NCBI GenBank assembly: GCA_030141605.1
Contig: JAQGDQ010002473.1
Span: 1-24,454, forward strand
Source of the DNA: Tubiluchus corallicola
Lineage: Eukaryota > Animalia > Priapulida
Direction: 5' to 3'
Length of the DNA stretch: 24,454 bases
Below, piece by piece: positions 1 through 10,152 of this stretch (the first letter of the stretch is position 1; each line of letters opens with the position of its first letter). Under the pieces are notes generated by a model. It did no database searches and was not told the origin of the DNA. It saw only the letters and a list, made by a program, of their open reading frames with translations. The translations under genes were made by a program, and so were the position numbers.

Positions 1-505
1 CTTCTGCATTTGCTGATTTCATTTCATTTTCTATTTTTTGTTCTGTCAACAAATCGTTATGTTTTAAATTTATTACGACAACATGTTTGTCATCTGTGAT
101 TCTCACGTCGTATATTCTGGGTTTTTTGTGAGGTTTCAAGTTACTTGCTACCATAAACACACCAACCATTCCTAGCGCTGCAAGTAGAACTGTTAACTCA
201 AATGTCACAGGAATAAATGGAGGCCATGAAGCGTAATCTTTTCCACCAATGATTAGTTGCCAGTCTATACCCATCATCCAATACTGCATTGATAAAGCTA
301 ATATTGCTCCTATTGCTCCAAACAAAAACGCAGCTATTGGCAGGCGAGAACGTTTATATCCCAAAGCTTTTTCTAGTCCATGTACGGGAAAAGGGGAATA
401 AACTTCTTCTATTTTTATGCCAGCGTCTTTTATTTGCCTTACTCCTTGTATCAACTCTTCCTCGTCGCTGTATACCCCTAGTAGATATTTTTGCTCTTTG
501 CTCAT
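1..505 (-). CDS. actD: Alternative complex III subunit ActD (DUF3341 family), 3' end truncated by the window edge
   Basis: Not in the ORF track. Translated by hand from ATG at 505: MSKEQKYLLGVYSDEEELIQGVRQIKDAGIKIEEVYSPFPVHGLEKALGYKRSRLPIAAFLFGAIG...IIGGKDYASWPPFIPVTFELTVLLAALGMV..., open to the edge. The YSPFPVHGL and PxFIPVTFELTVL motifs and two TM helices are typical of ActD, and it lies directly downstream of actC. Confidence 0.93.
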   Translation of the reverse strand, partial: MSKEQKYLLGVYSDEEELIQGVRQIKDAGIKIEEVYSPFPVHGLEKALGYKRSRLPIAAFLFGAIGAILALSMQYWMMGIDWQLIIGGKDYASWPPFIPVTFELTVLLAALGMVGVFMVASNLKPHKKPRIYDVRITDDKHVVVINLKHNDLLTEQKIENEMKSANAE

Positions 506-565
506 GATTTAATATTTTTTGCTATTTACTTCCTAAATTCATATGTTAATACTTTGTAATATAAG

Positions 566-1923
566 CTATTCTTTGGTTGATGATGATTTCATAATACTTT
601 TTACTTCTGCCATGTTTACAATTGGAAAGAATTTTGAAAACAAGAAAAATAAAGTAAAGAACAGACCTATTGTAATGAAAATACACTCCTATATCATAGA
701 TAGAAGGTGAGAACATTGCCCAACTTGATGGCAAAAATCTCTATGTAATGACGTTACGATGATAACAAACCGTTCAAACCACATGCCTATATTTACAACT
801 ATTGATAGTATAAATGTTGCTACTAAACTGGTTCTTATCTTTTTAAACCAAAATAGTTGAGGGGAAACCACATTACAAGTCATCATTATCCAATATGCCC
901 ACCAATAAGGTCCAACAGCTCTATTAATAAAGGCATATTGTTCTGCGGGAACTCCTGAGTACCATGCCATAAAAAATTCTGACATATAGGCTATACCAAC
1001 AATAGACCCTGTAATGATAATTATAATGTTCATTAGTTCTATGTGCCCAATAGTAATGTAGCTTTCTAATTTACATACTTTTCTTGCTATTACTAAGAGT
1101 GTTAATACCATGGCAAACCCTGAAAACACAGCTCCAGCGACAAAATATGGGGGAAATATAGTGGTATGCCATCCTGGAATAACGGAGGTGGCAAAGTCAA
1201 ATGATACAATTGTATGAACAGAAAGTACTAAGGGGGTGGCTAAGCCTGCGAGTATTAATGCTACGGATTCGTATCGCAACCAGTCTTTTGCTCCGCCTGT
1301 CCAGCCAAAACTTAAAAAACTATATACTTTTTTGGATAATTTCTTTTTGGCTCTATCTCTTATTGTTGCAAAGTCTGGTATTAAGCCAATGTACCAAAAT
1401 ACCAATGAAACTGTAAAATATGTTGAAATGGCGAATACATCCCACAGTAATGGACTATTAAAATTAACCCACAAAGAACCAAATGTATTAGGTAATGGAA
1501 GCACCCAATGAGCCAACCATATTCTTCCCATGTGGATACCCGGAAATATTGCAGCGCATATTACTGCAAAAATGGTCATTGCTTCTGCTGATCTGTTGAT
1601 AGACATTCTCCATTTTGCCTGAAAAGCAATAGAATAGCAGATATTAATGTTCCAGCGTGCCCAATACCAACCCACCATACAAAATTTGTTATATCCCATG
1701 CCCATCCTACTGTTTTATTAAGTCCCCAGACTCCAATACCTCTCCATAATGTGGCGACTACGGCTATAAATCCTATGAGCAGAATTGCCACTGCAAGGCT
1801 TATGGCAAACAACCACGTTTTAGGTGCTTTTGCTTCTACGTGTTTACAAATATCGTTGGTTACGTCTGAAACTTTTTTGTTATCTGTAATTAACGGCTTT
1901 CTTATAGGTGAAACTATTTCCAT
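566..1923 (-). CDS. actC: Alternative complex III subunit ActC (NrfD/PsrC-family quinol-binding membrane subunit), ~452 aa, split by three apparent indels
   Basis: Joining ORFs 1576..1923, 689..1705 and 546..734 plus a tail ending at TAG 566-568 gives the canonical sequence: [30 protein letters not shown]|[14 protein letters not shown]...HMGR...WDVFAISTY...[11 protein letters not shown]...[18 protein letters not shown]|[18 protein letters not shown]|[27 protein letters not shown]. Breaks are at the T4 run 1613-1616 (one base missing), the A5 run 733-737 (one missing) and the A4 run 678-681 (one extra). Confidence 0.93.
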
Positions 1924-1938
1924 TATGTAAAAGTATTT

Positions 1939-4900
1939 TTATAGTAAATTATTTTTTTTGTTCCTCACTTTTGTCAAATACCATATGTTAGGACTTACAT
2001 TTAATTCTTCTAGCATATGGTATGCTCTTGGTTCTTGTATTTCTGTTGTTGTTTCTTTTTTTGATAACTTCAACAATTTTGAAATTTTGCTTTTTGGGTT
2101 TTTCATATCTCCAAAGACAATTGCCTTGGTGGGACATGCTGACGCGCATGCTGGTACTACATCTTCGTCTTTTATTTTTCGTTTTTCCTTTTTTGCATTT
2201 AATTTTCCTTCTTGTATTCTTTGAATACAGAAAGAACATTTTTCCATAACCCCTCTTGACCGCACCACTACATCAGGGTTTAGTACCATCTTACCCAGAG
2301 AGTTGTTCATTGAAAGGTTGTCTGGAAAATTTTTATTATCGTGATACTTAAACCAATTAAACCTTCTTACTTTATAAGGGCAGTTATTAGCACAATATCT
2401 TGTTCCAACACATCTATTATATGTCATTTGGTTAAGTCCTTCTGTGCTATGAGTTGTTGCCACTACGGGGCAAACTGTTTCACATGGTGCGTTATTACAG
2501 TGCTGACACATCATTGGTTGGAAACTGACTTCTGGGTTTTTTGCTGCTACTTCCAGTCCTTTTAAATCATTTCCTTCTGCATCACTACTATAATATCTGT
2601 CTATTCTGAGCCAATGCATTTCTCGACGGTTTAACACTTCTTCTTTTCCTACCACTGGAACATTATTTTCTGTTTGACATGAAATAACACAGGCATTGCA
2701 ACCTACACAAGAGTTCATGTCTATTACCATTCCCCAATGGTGATTTGGGTATTTGTGTCCATGCCAAAGTGTAACATTTTTGGGTTTTACTTTTCCTTTT
2801 GAAGTGGCAATATATGGATGAGATCTTCCTGCACCTTCATTTTGTTGATACTCTTTTAATGTGGTTTCTTGTATCACATTATCGCGTTGCATGTGAGTGC
2901 TATGCGTTTGCATTTGGGGTATTCTATATGCTTTTTCTGTTACGGTTATCTCTATATTTGATGAGTTAATAACAAAATTTGTTTCTCCGTTGGGTAGTAG
3001 AGTTAATAAAGAAAATGCATTTACTCCTATGTTGTCAGCTACTTTTCCAGCTTTGACCCTTCCATACCCTACTGCAATGCCAAAAGTGCCTTTTGCCTGT
3101 CCAGGTTGCACCATTATAGGTAACTCTAATCTTTTTCCATTAATATTTATTGTGGCCACTTTTGTTGCTCCCTCTTTCATTACCACTCCATGCTCTTGTG
3201 CCCAACTTGGATTTACTGTCAAATAATTATCCCAACATGCTTTTGTTATTGGGTCTGGCATTTCTTGTAGCCAAGGATTATTGGCTTGGCTACCGTCTCC
3301 TATGCTTACTTTTTCATATAGCACGACTTCATATTTCCCTTTGGGGGCATAAGTACTTTGTGCTGTTGAAGAGGCTTTTGCTAAAAGTTGCTGGTCTATT
3401 TTATATGTAATATTGTTCCTTTCTGTTTTGGGGGTTGCATTAAACACGCCGTCATGCCATATCCTTTTGCAAAACTCATCAAAGTCTATGTATGTGCTTT
3501 GTTCTTCAAACGATTGTTTCCAAGATTTTTTAACATACTCATAATAATCTACATTCTTTTCTTCTGCCCACATCAGCAAGGTATGTGGGGTTTGACGTGT
3601 GTCAAATAGTGGTGTGATAGAGGGTTGAATTAACGAAAAACTATTTTTTTGAGGCTCTGCATCGCCCCATGACTCTAAAAAGTGATGATCTGGAGCAATA
3701 TAATCAGTCAAACTAGCAGTTTCATCTTTTCTATCAGATGTAGAAATTTTCAATGAAACTTTTTCCATAGATTGTGCTATTACTTCTCCTAATGCATAGT
3801 CATATACAGGGTTACAGTTTAAAAATATTACATTTGAAACCGCTCCCGCATTCATTTCACTAACGAATCCTCTCATGCCTCTATCGTCTCCTTGCCTATA
3901 ATGTAGAGGGTTGTTTAAATCAATGGTGCTTCCATAATTGTTTAGCATATGGTTGATAGCGTTAACAATTATTTGAATATTTGTATCGTTGTTTCCTGAT
4001 ACAACCAAAGACTTACCTTTATTGGCTATTAATTCTCTTGTTGCTTGTGAAAGAAGTTTATGCTTTTTTTCTTTACCTTGAATGGTAGAATGTTGTAGTA
4101 TTTTAGCTATTTCGTTGTGCAAAGTTACCAGCAATTTATACTCATCTGATGGCTTTACAGGTATTCTATAGTCAGCATTAGCGCCTGTTAAAGAGAGGTT
4201 TGCTTCAAACTGATAAAGGCAAGACATTTGTTTTTTTCCGTTGCCTAACTTTCTGTTTTCCACAAAATCTCTACTAAATTTTGCTGGGTTTATCCACGTT
4301 CCAATAAAATCGCAGGAGAAGCTAACAATAGTTTTTGCTTTTTCAAAATGATATGATGGAATAACTGCTTGATCAAAAGATTTTTTATTAGCTGCTAATA
4401 TTCCATAAGAGGAAATAGGATCGTATGTAACAACTTTTGTTGTGGGATATTTCTTTATAAAGTCATTAATTGCATTTTTGAAAGAAGGACTTAAAATGGT
4501 TTTTGTGACAAGCCATATTGTTTCGCCTTTGCTTGATAAATCTTTGAGATGCTGTATTACTTCTTTGTCAATCTTTTTCCATGTTGTTTTTTTCTCTTTT
4601 ATGTATGGAGAAGTTAATCTTTCAGTGTCGTATAGAGACAATACAGAGGCTTCTACTTGTGCATTCGTTGCTCCATTAGATACTTTTGACAATGTGTTGC
4701 CTGTTATTTTAATAGGTCTTCCTTCTCTTGTTTTGACTACAACACTGCAATAATTGCCGCCATTAACATAAGATGAGGCATAATAGTTTGCAACGCCAGG
4801 TTCTATTTCTACAGGTTTGTTTAAATAAGGAATAGCTTTTCTCACGGGGGCTTCGCAGGCGGCTAAAGATGCTGCTGTGATACTAAATCCCATCAATTTT

Positions 4901-5040
4901 AAAAAGTCTCTTCGTGTAGGGAAGTCTTTTTCTTTTACAGGTAACTCTTCTGGGAACTCTTTTTGAAATACACTTTCTTCTTTTGGTGTTAGTGGTAACT
5001 GCTCAATTCCTTGCCAATATAATTTTTTATTTTTACTCAT
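1939..5040 (-). CDS. actB: Alternative complex III subunit ActB (Tat-exported molybdopterin-oxidoreductase-like domain fused to an Fe-S domain), 1033 aa
   Basis: Intact ORF. Tat motif TRRDFLKLMGF followed by AACE. C-terminal ferredoxin Cys motifs CVGCNACVISC, CQHCNNAPCETVCP, CVGTRYCANNCPY and EKCSFC...PACASACP. Lies between actA and actC. Confidence 0.95.
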   Translation of the reverse strand: MSKNKKLYWQGIEQLPLTPKEESVFQKEFPEELPVKEKDFPTRRDFLKLMGFSITAASLAACEAPVRKAIPYLNKPVEIEPGVANYYASSYVNGGNYCSVVVKTREGRPIKITGNTLSKVSNGATNAQVEASVLSLYDTERLTSPYIKEKKTTWKKIDKEVIQHLKDLSSKGETIWLVTKTILSPSFKNAINDFIKKYPTTKVVTYDPISSYGILAANKKSFDQAVIPSYHFEKAKTIVSFSCDFIGTWINPAKFSRDFVENRKLGNGKKQMSCLYQFEANLSLTGANADYRIPVKPSDEYKLLVTLHNEIAKILQHSTIQGKEKKHKLLSQATRELIANKGKSLVVSGNNDTNIQIIVNAINHMLNNYGSTIDLNNPLHYRQGDDRGMRGFVSEMNAGAVSNVIFLNCNPVYDYALGEVIAQSMEKVSLKISTSDRKDETASLTDYIAPDHHFLESWGDAEPQKNSFSLIQPSITPLFDTRQTPHTLLMWAEEKNVDYYEYVKKSWKQSFEEQSTYIDFDEFCKRIWHDGVFNATPKTERNNITYKIDQQLLAKASSTAQSTYAPKGKYEVVLYEKVSIGDGSQANNPWLQEMPDPITKACWDNYLTVNPSWAQEHGVVMKEGATKVATININGKRLELPIMVQPGQAKGTFGIAVGYGRVKAGKVADNIGVNAFSLLTLLPNGETNFVINSSNIEITVTEKAYRIPQMQTHSTHMQRDNVIQETTLKEYQQNEGAGRSHPYIATSKGKVKPKNVTLWHGHKYPNHHWGMVIDMNSCVGCNACVISCQTENNVPVVGKEEVLNRREMHWLRIDRYYSSDAEGNDLKGLEVAAKNPEVSFQPMMCQHCNNAPCETVCPVVATTHSTEGLNQMTYNRCVGTRYCANNCPYKVRRFNWFKYHDNKNFPDNLSMNNSLGKMVLNPDVVVRSRGVMEKCSFCIQRIQEGKLNAKKEKRKIKDEDVVPACASACPTKAIVFGDMKNPKSKISKLLKLSKKETTTEIQEPRAYHMLEELNVSPNIWYLTKVRNKKNNLL

Positions 5041-5062
5041 TGCCTCTTTCTTAAAATTTAGT

Positions 5063-6308
5063 TTAGTAATGACATTTTGAACACTCTAGCCCTCCAATGT
5101 CTTCAACTGTTATTCCTTTAAATTCGGATTGATGTATAAGACCATCAAAATATGCATTGTCTTTTGCTTGAACAAATCCTTCATTAGGTTTCCTTGCCAT
5201 ATCACCTGCCCCATTTCTATGACAATCTACACACCAACCCATTGTCAAATCGGGTATTTGTGCCATAACTTCCATGGTTTCTACTTCTCCGTGACATGTT
5301 TGGCACTCTAATTCTCCTACTTTAACATGTTGGGAGTGGTTAAAACGAGACAAATGAGGTAGATTATGTATCCTTATCCATTCTATTGGCTTATTGTTTT
5401 CTATTGCAGCAAATATTTTTTCTATCTCAGGTGTCTTTCCTGGGTCTTTTGTTTTTAAAATAGCATTATGACAGTTCATACAAACATTTGCAGAGGGAAT
5501 ACCCGCGTGTTGCCCTTGTGTTGCGCTGGAATGGCAATATAGGCAAGGTATTTCAAAGTTGCCTGCATGTGTTTTGTGAGAGAATGCAATGGGTTGCTTG
5601 GGAGAGTATCCTTGTTGAATGCCTATGTCATACAATAGGCTTATACCTCCATATATAATCAATATAACTACTACTGCTGTAATTAATTTTTTGATTTTAG
5701 GGTACTTTTGCCCAAAGGTGTAGACTACAATATTTTCTTTGCCATACTTTGTAATTAGATAACGTTCTAATTTATTAGTAAATGTAATTAATAGTGCTAA
5801 AAAGACAAGTAGTACAAAGGTAAAAAGCCCTAACACTAATACTAGCCCAAAAGACACGGGCTTTTCTTGCGCAACAGGAGTAGCTACACTGGTAGCTGGG
5901 GCGATTGTCTCTTCGGGGGTGGGGTCTATAGTCTCTTTTTGGATGTATGCTAATAGTAAAATTATTTGCTCATCTGTAAGATTAGGAAAAGGAGTCATTA
6001 TAAGCTTATTATACTCCTCAAAAAGTTGTACGGCATACTCATCTCCACTCCTCAATTACTTCTTGCGAATTTTTAATAAATTTCGTTATCCATGGAATAT
6101 CTTTTCGCTTATATACTTCTTTTAGCGGAGGACCTAATAGCCTATCTTGTATTTTATGACAGACTTTACAGTTGGCATCAAATAAAGCTTTTCCTTCATT
6201 TATAGCTGCCTCATCATTTGGGATGTCTTTTTCTTGAGCTTTAATCTCTGTTGCTAATAACAAGGACATGACTAATCCCCATAAAAAACAATGCTTTGGT
6301 AGATTCAT
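5063..6308 (-). CDS. actA: Alternative complex III subunit ActA: N-terminal monoheme cytochrome c domain, two TM helices and a pentaheme domain, ~414 aa, one apparent frameshift
   Basis: Likely start ATG 6308 (MNLPKHCFLWGLVMSLLLATEIKAQ, signal-peptide-like). CKVCH lies in ORF 6039..6383. CLYCH, CMNCH, CQTCH, CVDCH and CSKCH lie in ORF 5063..6055, which ends GGLECSKCHY. Removing one C at 6050-6051 joins them as NSQEVIE-SGDEYAVQLFEEY. Confidence 0.92.
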
Positions 6309-6380
6309 ATAAATTATTATTTTATCTAAAATCAATAGTACATTAAACAGTGCATAAATATAAAACTTTTTTATTAAAAG

Positions 6381-6412
6381 CAAATTTATACATAAATTTT
6401 AAAGCACTGCAA
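6381..6412 (-). promoter_or_regulatory. Putative Bacteroidota housekeeping promoter for the act operon
   Basis: Minus strand reads TTG (6412-6410), 21 nt, then TAAATTTG (6388-6381), matching the Bacteroidota TTG-N19..21-TAnnTTTG consensus about 70 nt upstream of actA. A second minus-strand TAAATTTG lies at 6511-6518. Confidence 0.55.
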
Positions 6413-6552
6413 TTTACAATAAAATTTTTTATAAAAAAATCATATAAAAATAAATTATAAGAAAAATTTAACTATAGTGTGAAAGCGCCTAAATAGAAGG
6501 AAGTATTTCACAAATTTATATGAAATTAGTTTTATAATTTAAATTATACTTT

Positions 6553-6578
6553 TAAATTTGTTGCTCAAAATATATTTG
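6553..6578 (+). promoter_or_regulatory. Putative -7 promoter boxes for the DUF2723 gene
   Basis: TAAATTTG at 6553-6560 and TATATTTG at 6571-6578 both match TAnnTTTG, 33-51 nt upstream of ATG 6612. The region is AT-rich, so chance matches are possible. Confidence 0.45.
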
Positions 6579-6611
6579 TTTAAAATGATCAACACTTAAT
6601 TGCGTGACTAA

Positions 6612-9597
6612 ATGCAGATAGTAAACTATAAAAAAATCAATAATTTAGTGGGCTGGTTAGTGTTCTTAGTAGTTCTGCTTATTTTAGGCTCTACATTTGA
6701 AGAAACCGCTAGCTTTTGGGATTGTGCAGAGTTTATTGCTTGTGCATATAAACTTGAGTCACCACACCCTCCAGGTGCTCCGTTTTTTCTATTAATAAGT
6801 AGAGTAGTTTCGCTTTTAGCTTTTGGCGATGTGGAAAAGGTGGCTTATTGGATTAATGCTTCAAGTGTGTTATGGAGTAGTTTTGCTGTGTTGTTTCTTT
6901 TTTGGTCTATTACTATACTAGGAAAGAGGATGTTAAAGGCGAAAAATGGTAAAGAGACCCTTGTCCAGACAATTACATTAATGGGAGCAGGCGTAGTAGG
7001 AGCTTTAGCGTGTGCTTTTTCTGACACATTTTGGTTTTCAGCCGTAGAAGCAGAAGTTTATTCAATGTCTATATTTTTTACAGCTTTTGTTTTTTGGGCA
7101 ACGCTTAAATGGAGCAATATGAAAGACCTCAAAAAGGCAAATAAGTGGTTTATATTTATTTGTTATTTATTAGGGCTTACTATAGGTGTTCACTTATTGG
7201 GCTTGCTTGTAATACCGGCATTGGCATTTTTATACTATTTTAAACTTCTTGAAAAGAAGCAAAAAAAAGTAACCCCAAGGTTTAATAACATTTTTGTTGG
7301 CTTAGTATTTGGCGTTTAGCAAAAACAACATTATTGTTCTTGGGCTACCCACTTTGGCTGGAAAGTTTGAAGTATTGTTTGTCAATGCTCTTGGAATGCC
7401 ATTTGGATCAGGGGCTATCTTCTTTTCGCTATTAATTTTAAGCAGCTTAATATATGGAATTTATTATGCACATAAACATAAAAAATCTCTACTTAGCACA
7501 TTTTTATTGGGCACAACCTTTATCCTAATAGGCTATTCTTCATATACCATACTACTAATTAGATCACAGTTTAACCCACCTCTTGATTCTAATAATCCCG
7601 AAAATATTATGTCTTTCATTTCATATCTTAATAGAGAACAGTATGGAACGAGACCTTTGCTATATGGGCCTTACTATGATGCAGAAATGATTGATAGGGT
7701 GGAAGTAGGAAAAAGTTATGTTAAAGGAGAAACAAACTATTTAGTAAGTGAAGTGAAATCAGAGGCTAAATATGATCCCAGGCGTATGACTTTTTTGCCT
7801 AGGATGTATAGTCAAGAAGATAGACATATTAAAGGTTATCAACATTGGATAAAATTGAGTAGGGGGAAAAAACCTAAATTTGCAGATAACCTTAGGTTTT
7901 TGATTAAATATCAATTTGAGCACATGTATATGCGATATTTTTTATGGAATTTTGCAGGAAGGGAGAGTGATGAACAACATGCCTTGTGGAGCACTCCATT
8001 TGATAAGTCTTTAAATACAATGCCAAAAGCGCTTCACAATAAAGCAAATAATAATTTCTATATGTTGCCACTAATTCTTGGAATTTTGGGAGCGCTCTAC
8101 CATGCCCTAAACAAAAAAAGAGACTTTGCAGCGGTAATGATTTTGTTTTTGCTCATGGGAGTGATATTGATGCTATATACAAATAATCCAATGCCAGAAC
8201 CTCGTGAAAGAGACTATATATATGTTGGTTCATTTTATGCTTTTTGTATTTGGATAGGTCTGGGAGTTATGTCATTAGCACAATGGGGGAGCTTTCTATT
8301 TAAGAAAAGGCAAACAGTATTAACCGCCACCATGAGTGGAGTAGTAGGGCTTTCTGTTCCTGCTATCATGCTTGCTAGCGGATACGATGACCATGACAGG
8401 TCTAATAGATATTTTTCTGTAGATGCAGCAAAAAATTTCTTGGCGTCTTGTGCCCCCAATGCTGTATTATTTACAGGAGGAGATAATGATACTTTTCCAT
8501 TATGGTATGTGCAAGAAGTAGAAGGATTTAGGACTGATGTTAGAGTATTAGTAACTTCATATTACAATGCAGGTTGGAACATAGAACAATCTACTTATAA
8601 AGTAAATGATTCCGAACCTATCCAGTATACCCTTCTTCCTAAAAATTATCGCCAAGGAGGGTTTAATGACTACCTTCCTTTTTATGAACATCCAAACCTA
8701 AAAGGAAAAGCGATAGATTTAGAAGGTTTTTTGAGACTAATAAAAGAAGAGCACCCATCTTTGGGGGTAAGGAAAATTTACTAGCGTTAACTCTTTTACT
8801 AAGTAAAACTTCATGCTAAATGTAACACTTCTGCAGTATTAGATAAAGGGATAATAAGCGAAGAATTAACCCCTTATTTAACAGATAAAATGTTTTTTAA
8901 TGTAAAAGGAGGATACATGGATAAAGCATCGCTTATGATATTAGATATGATGGTGACAAATAAATGGGATAGACCTATCTATTTTAACGCAACAGCTCTT
9001 TATTCCCTCAAAGTGAACTTTAAAAATCATGTCGTACAAGAAGGCAGTGTGTATAGATTGTTACCAGTACAAAATCCACATGAAACCCCTTTGATTAACA
9101 GAAACTTAACGTATGAAAGTTTGATGAACAACTATCATTATAGAGGGTTGACTGACTCAACAGTTTATTATACTGGAGATTATAAAGGTTTTGTTCAAAA
9201 TAATAGAATGACCTTCATTCAAGCCGCACAAGCATGTTTGTTAGAAGGCGAGGATGAGAAAGCAAAAGATTTATTATTTAAATGTTTAGAGGAGATGCCA
9301 TACCAAGCCGTCCCTTATGATTATACAGTGATTTCTTTGGCAAATCTGCTTTTTAGAGTAGACGAAAAAAAGGCAAAGGAAATAACAGAAGCAGCGGGAA
9401 TATGGGCAGGCGAAGCATTCCAATACCTTAATGAAAACCCAAAAACTCTAAGTTCTTTGATAAGAGAAGAGGCAAGAGATAAATATAAAACTATCTTATC
9501 CAATTTGGCGCTTATAGCTAGAGAAAATGATGAAACAGAATTGCATGAAAAGCTATCAGCTTATATGTCTAATAAAAACAAAAAAATGATGTTTTAA
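6612..9597 (+). CDS. DUF2723 / TMEM260-like (GT117-type) multi-pass membrane glycosyltransferase, ~995 aa, broken by two indel clusters
   Basis: ORFs 6612..7319, 7309..8784 and 8890..9597 carry consecutive family motifs: ASFWDCAEFIACAYKLESPHPPGAPFFLL, FSDTFWFSAVEAEVY, GLTIGVHLLGLL, YLNREQYG, YMRYFLWNFAGR, EPRERDYIYVGSFYAF, DDHDRS, LFTGGDNDTFPLWYVQEVEGFRTDVRV, NKWDRPIYF. Disrupted zones are ~7270-7330 and ~8770-8825. The second and third ORFs are in the same frame. Confidence 0.88.
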
Positions 9598-9629
9598 TGT
9601 AAAAAAGTTAAACTTACCACATTTAAATC

Positions 9630-10148
9630 ATGTTAAAAACGTTTCAAATAAATATAAAGGGATTGAAAAATGGAAAACATAAGTTCTCCTATGAAATAAA
9701 TAAAGATTTTTTTCAGGAGTATGAGTATGGAATATTAAAAAATGGAAATGTCAATGTAGAACTGGAGTTAGATAAACAAGAAACACATTTGGTTTTTTTA
9801 TTTAATTTCAGTGGAACTGTGGAGTTGGAATGTGACCGATCTTTGAAAAAATTTGATTACCCCATGAAATTTACTAAAACATTGATATTTAAATATGGTC
9901 ATAAGAATGAAGAATTGACAGATGAGATAGAATATATTAAATATGATACCCCTTCAATTAATACGGCAAAATATATTTATGAGTTAATTACAGTGGCAGT
10001 TCCAATGAAGCGGTTGCATCCAAAATATAGTCAAGAAGGTGAAAATGATGAACTTATATACACATCTGGTAAAGTAAAAAAGAAAAAATCTAAGGTAGAC
10101 CCAAGGTGGCAAGAATTAGTAAACTTAAAAAGAAAATTTAACAAATAA
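9630..10148 (+). CDS. yceD: YceD/DUF177 family protein
   Basis: 172 aa with GLKNGKHKFSYEI, GTVELECDRSL, IYELITVAVPMKRLHP and C-terminal VDPRWQEL motifs. Sits immediately upstream of rpmF, the canonical position. Confidence 0.9.
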   Translation: MLKTFQINIKGLKNGKHKFSYEINKDFFQEYEYGILKNGNVNVELELDKQETHLVFLFNFSGTVELECDRSLKKFDYPMKFTKTLIFKYGHKNEELTDEIEYIKYDTPSINTAKYIYELITVAVPMKRLHPKYSQEGENDELIYTSGKVKKKKSKVDPRWQELVNLKRKFNK

Positions 10149-10152
10149 TAAT

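Noticed and set aside
289-507. Plus-strand 72-aa ORF
   Set aside because: Antisense shadow of actD, whose minus-strand frame carries clear family motifs.
1939-5040. ActB as a catalytic molybdoenzyme (for example a polysulfide or nitrate reductase)
   Set aside because: The actA/actC/actD context identifies ACIII, whose ActB has the fold but is known to lack the molybdenum cofactor.
1201-5311. Short overlapping ORFs within actC, actB and actA
   Set aside because: Antisense or alternate-frame shadows of conserved genes with no recognisable motifs.
689-8802. TAG reassignment or readthrough suggested by in-frame TAG at 689-691 (actC) and 8782-8784 (DUF2723 gene)
   Set aside because: The conserved ActC residues lie in another frame, TAA stops also occur in frame at 8788 and 8800, and TAG ends accB and the porin normally. 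Indels explain the pattern better.
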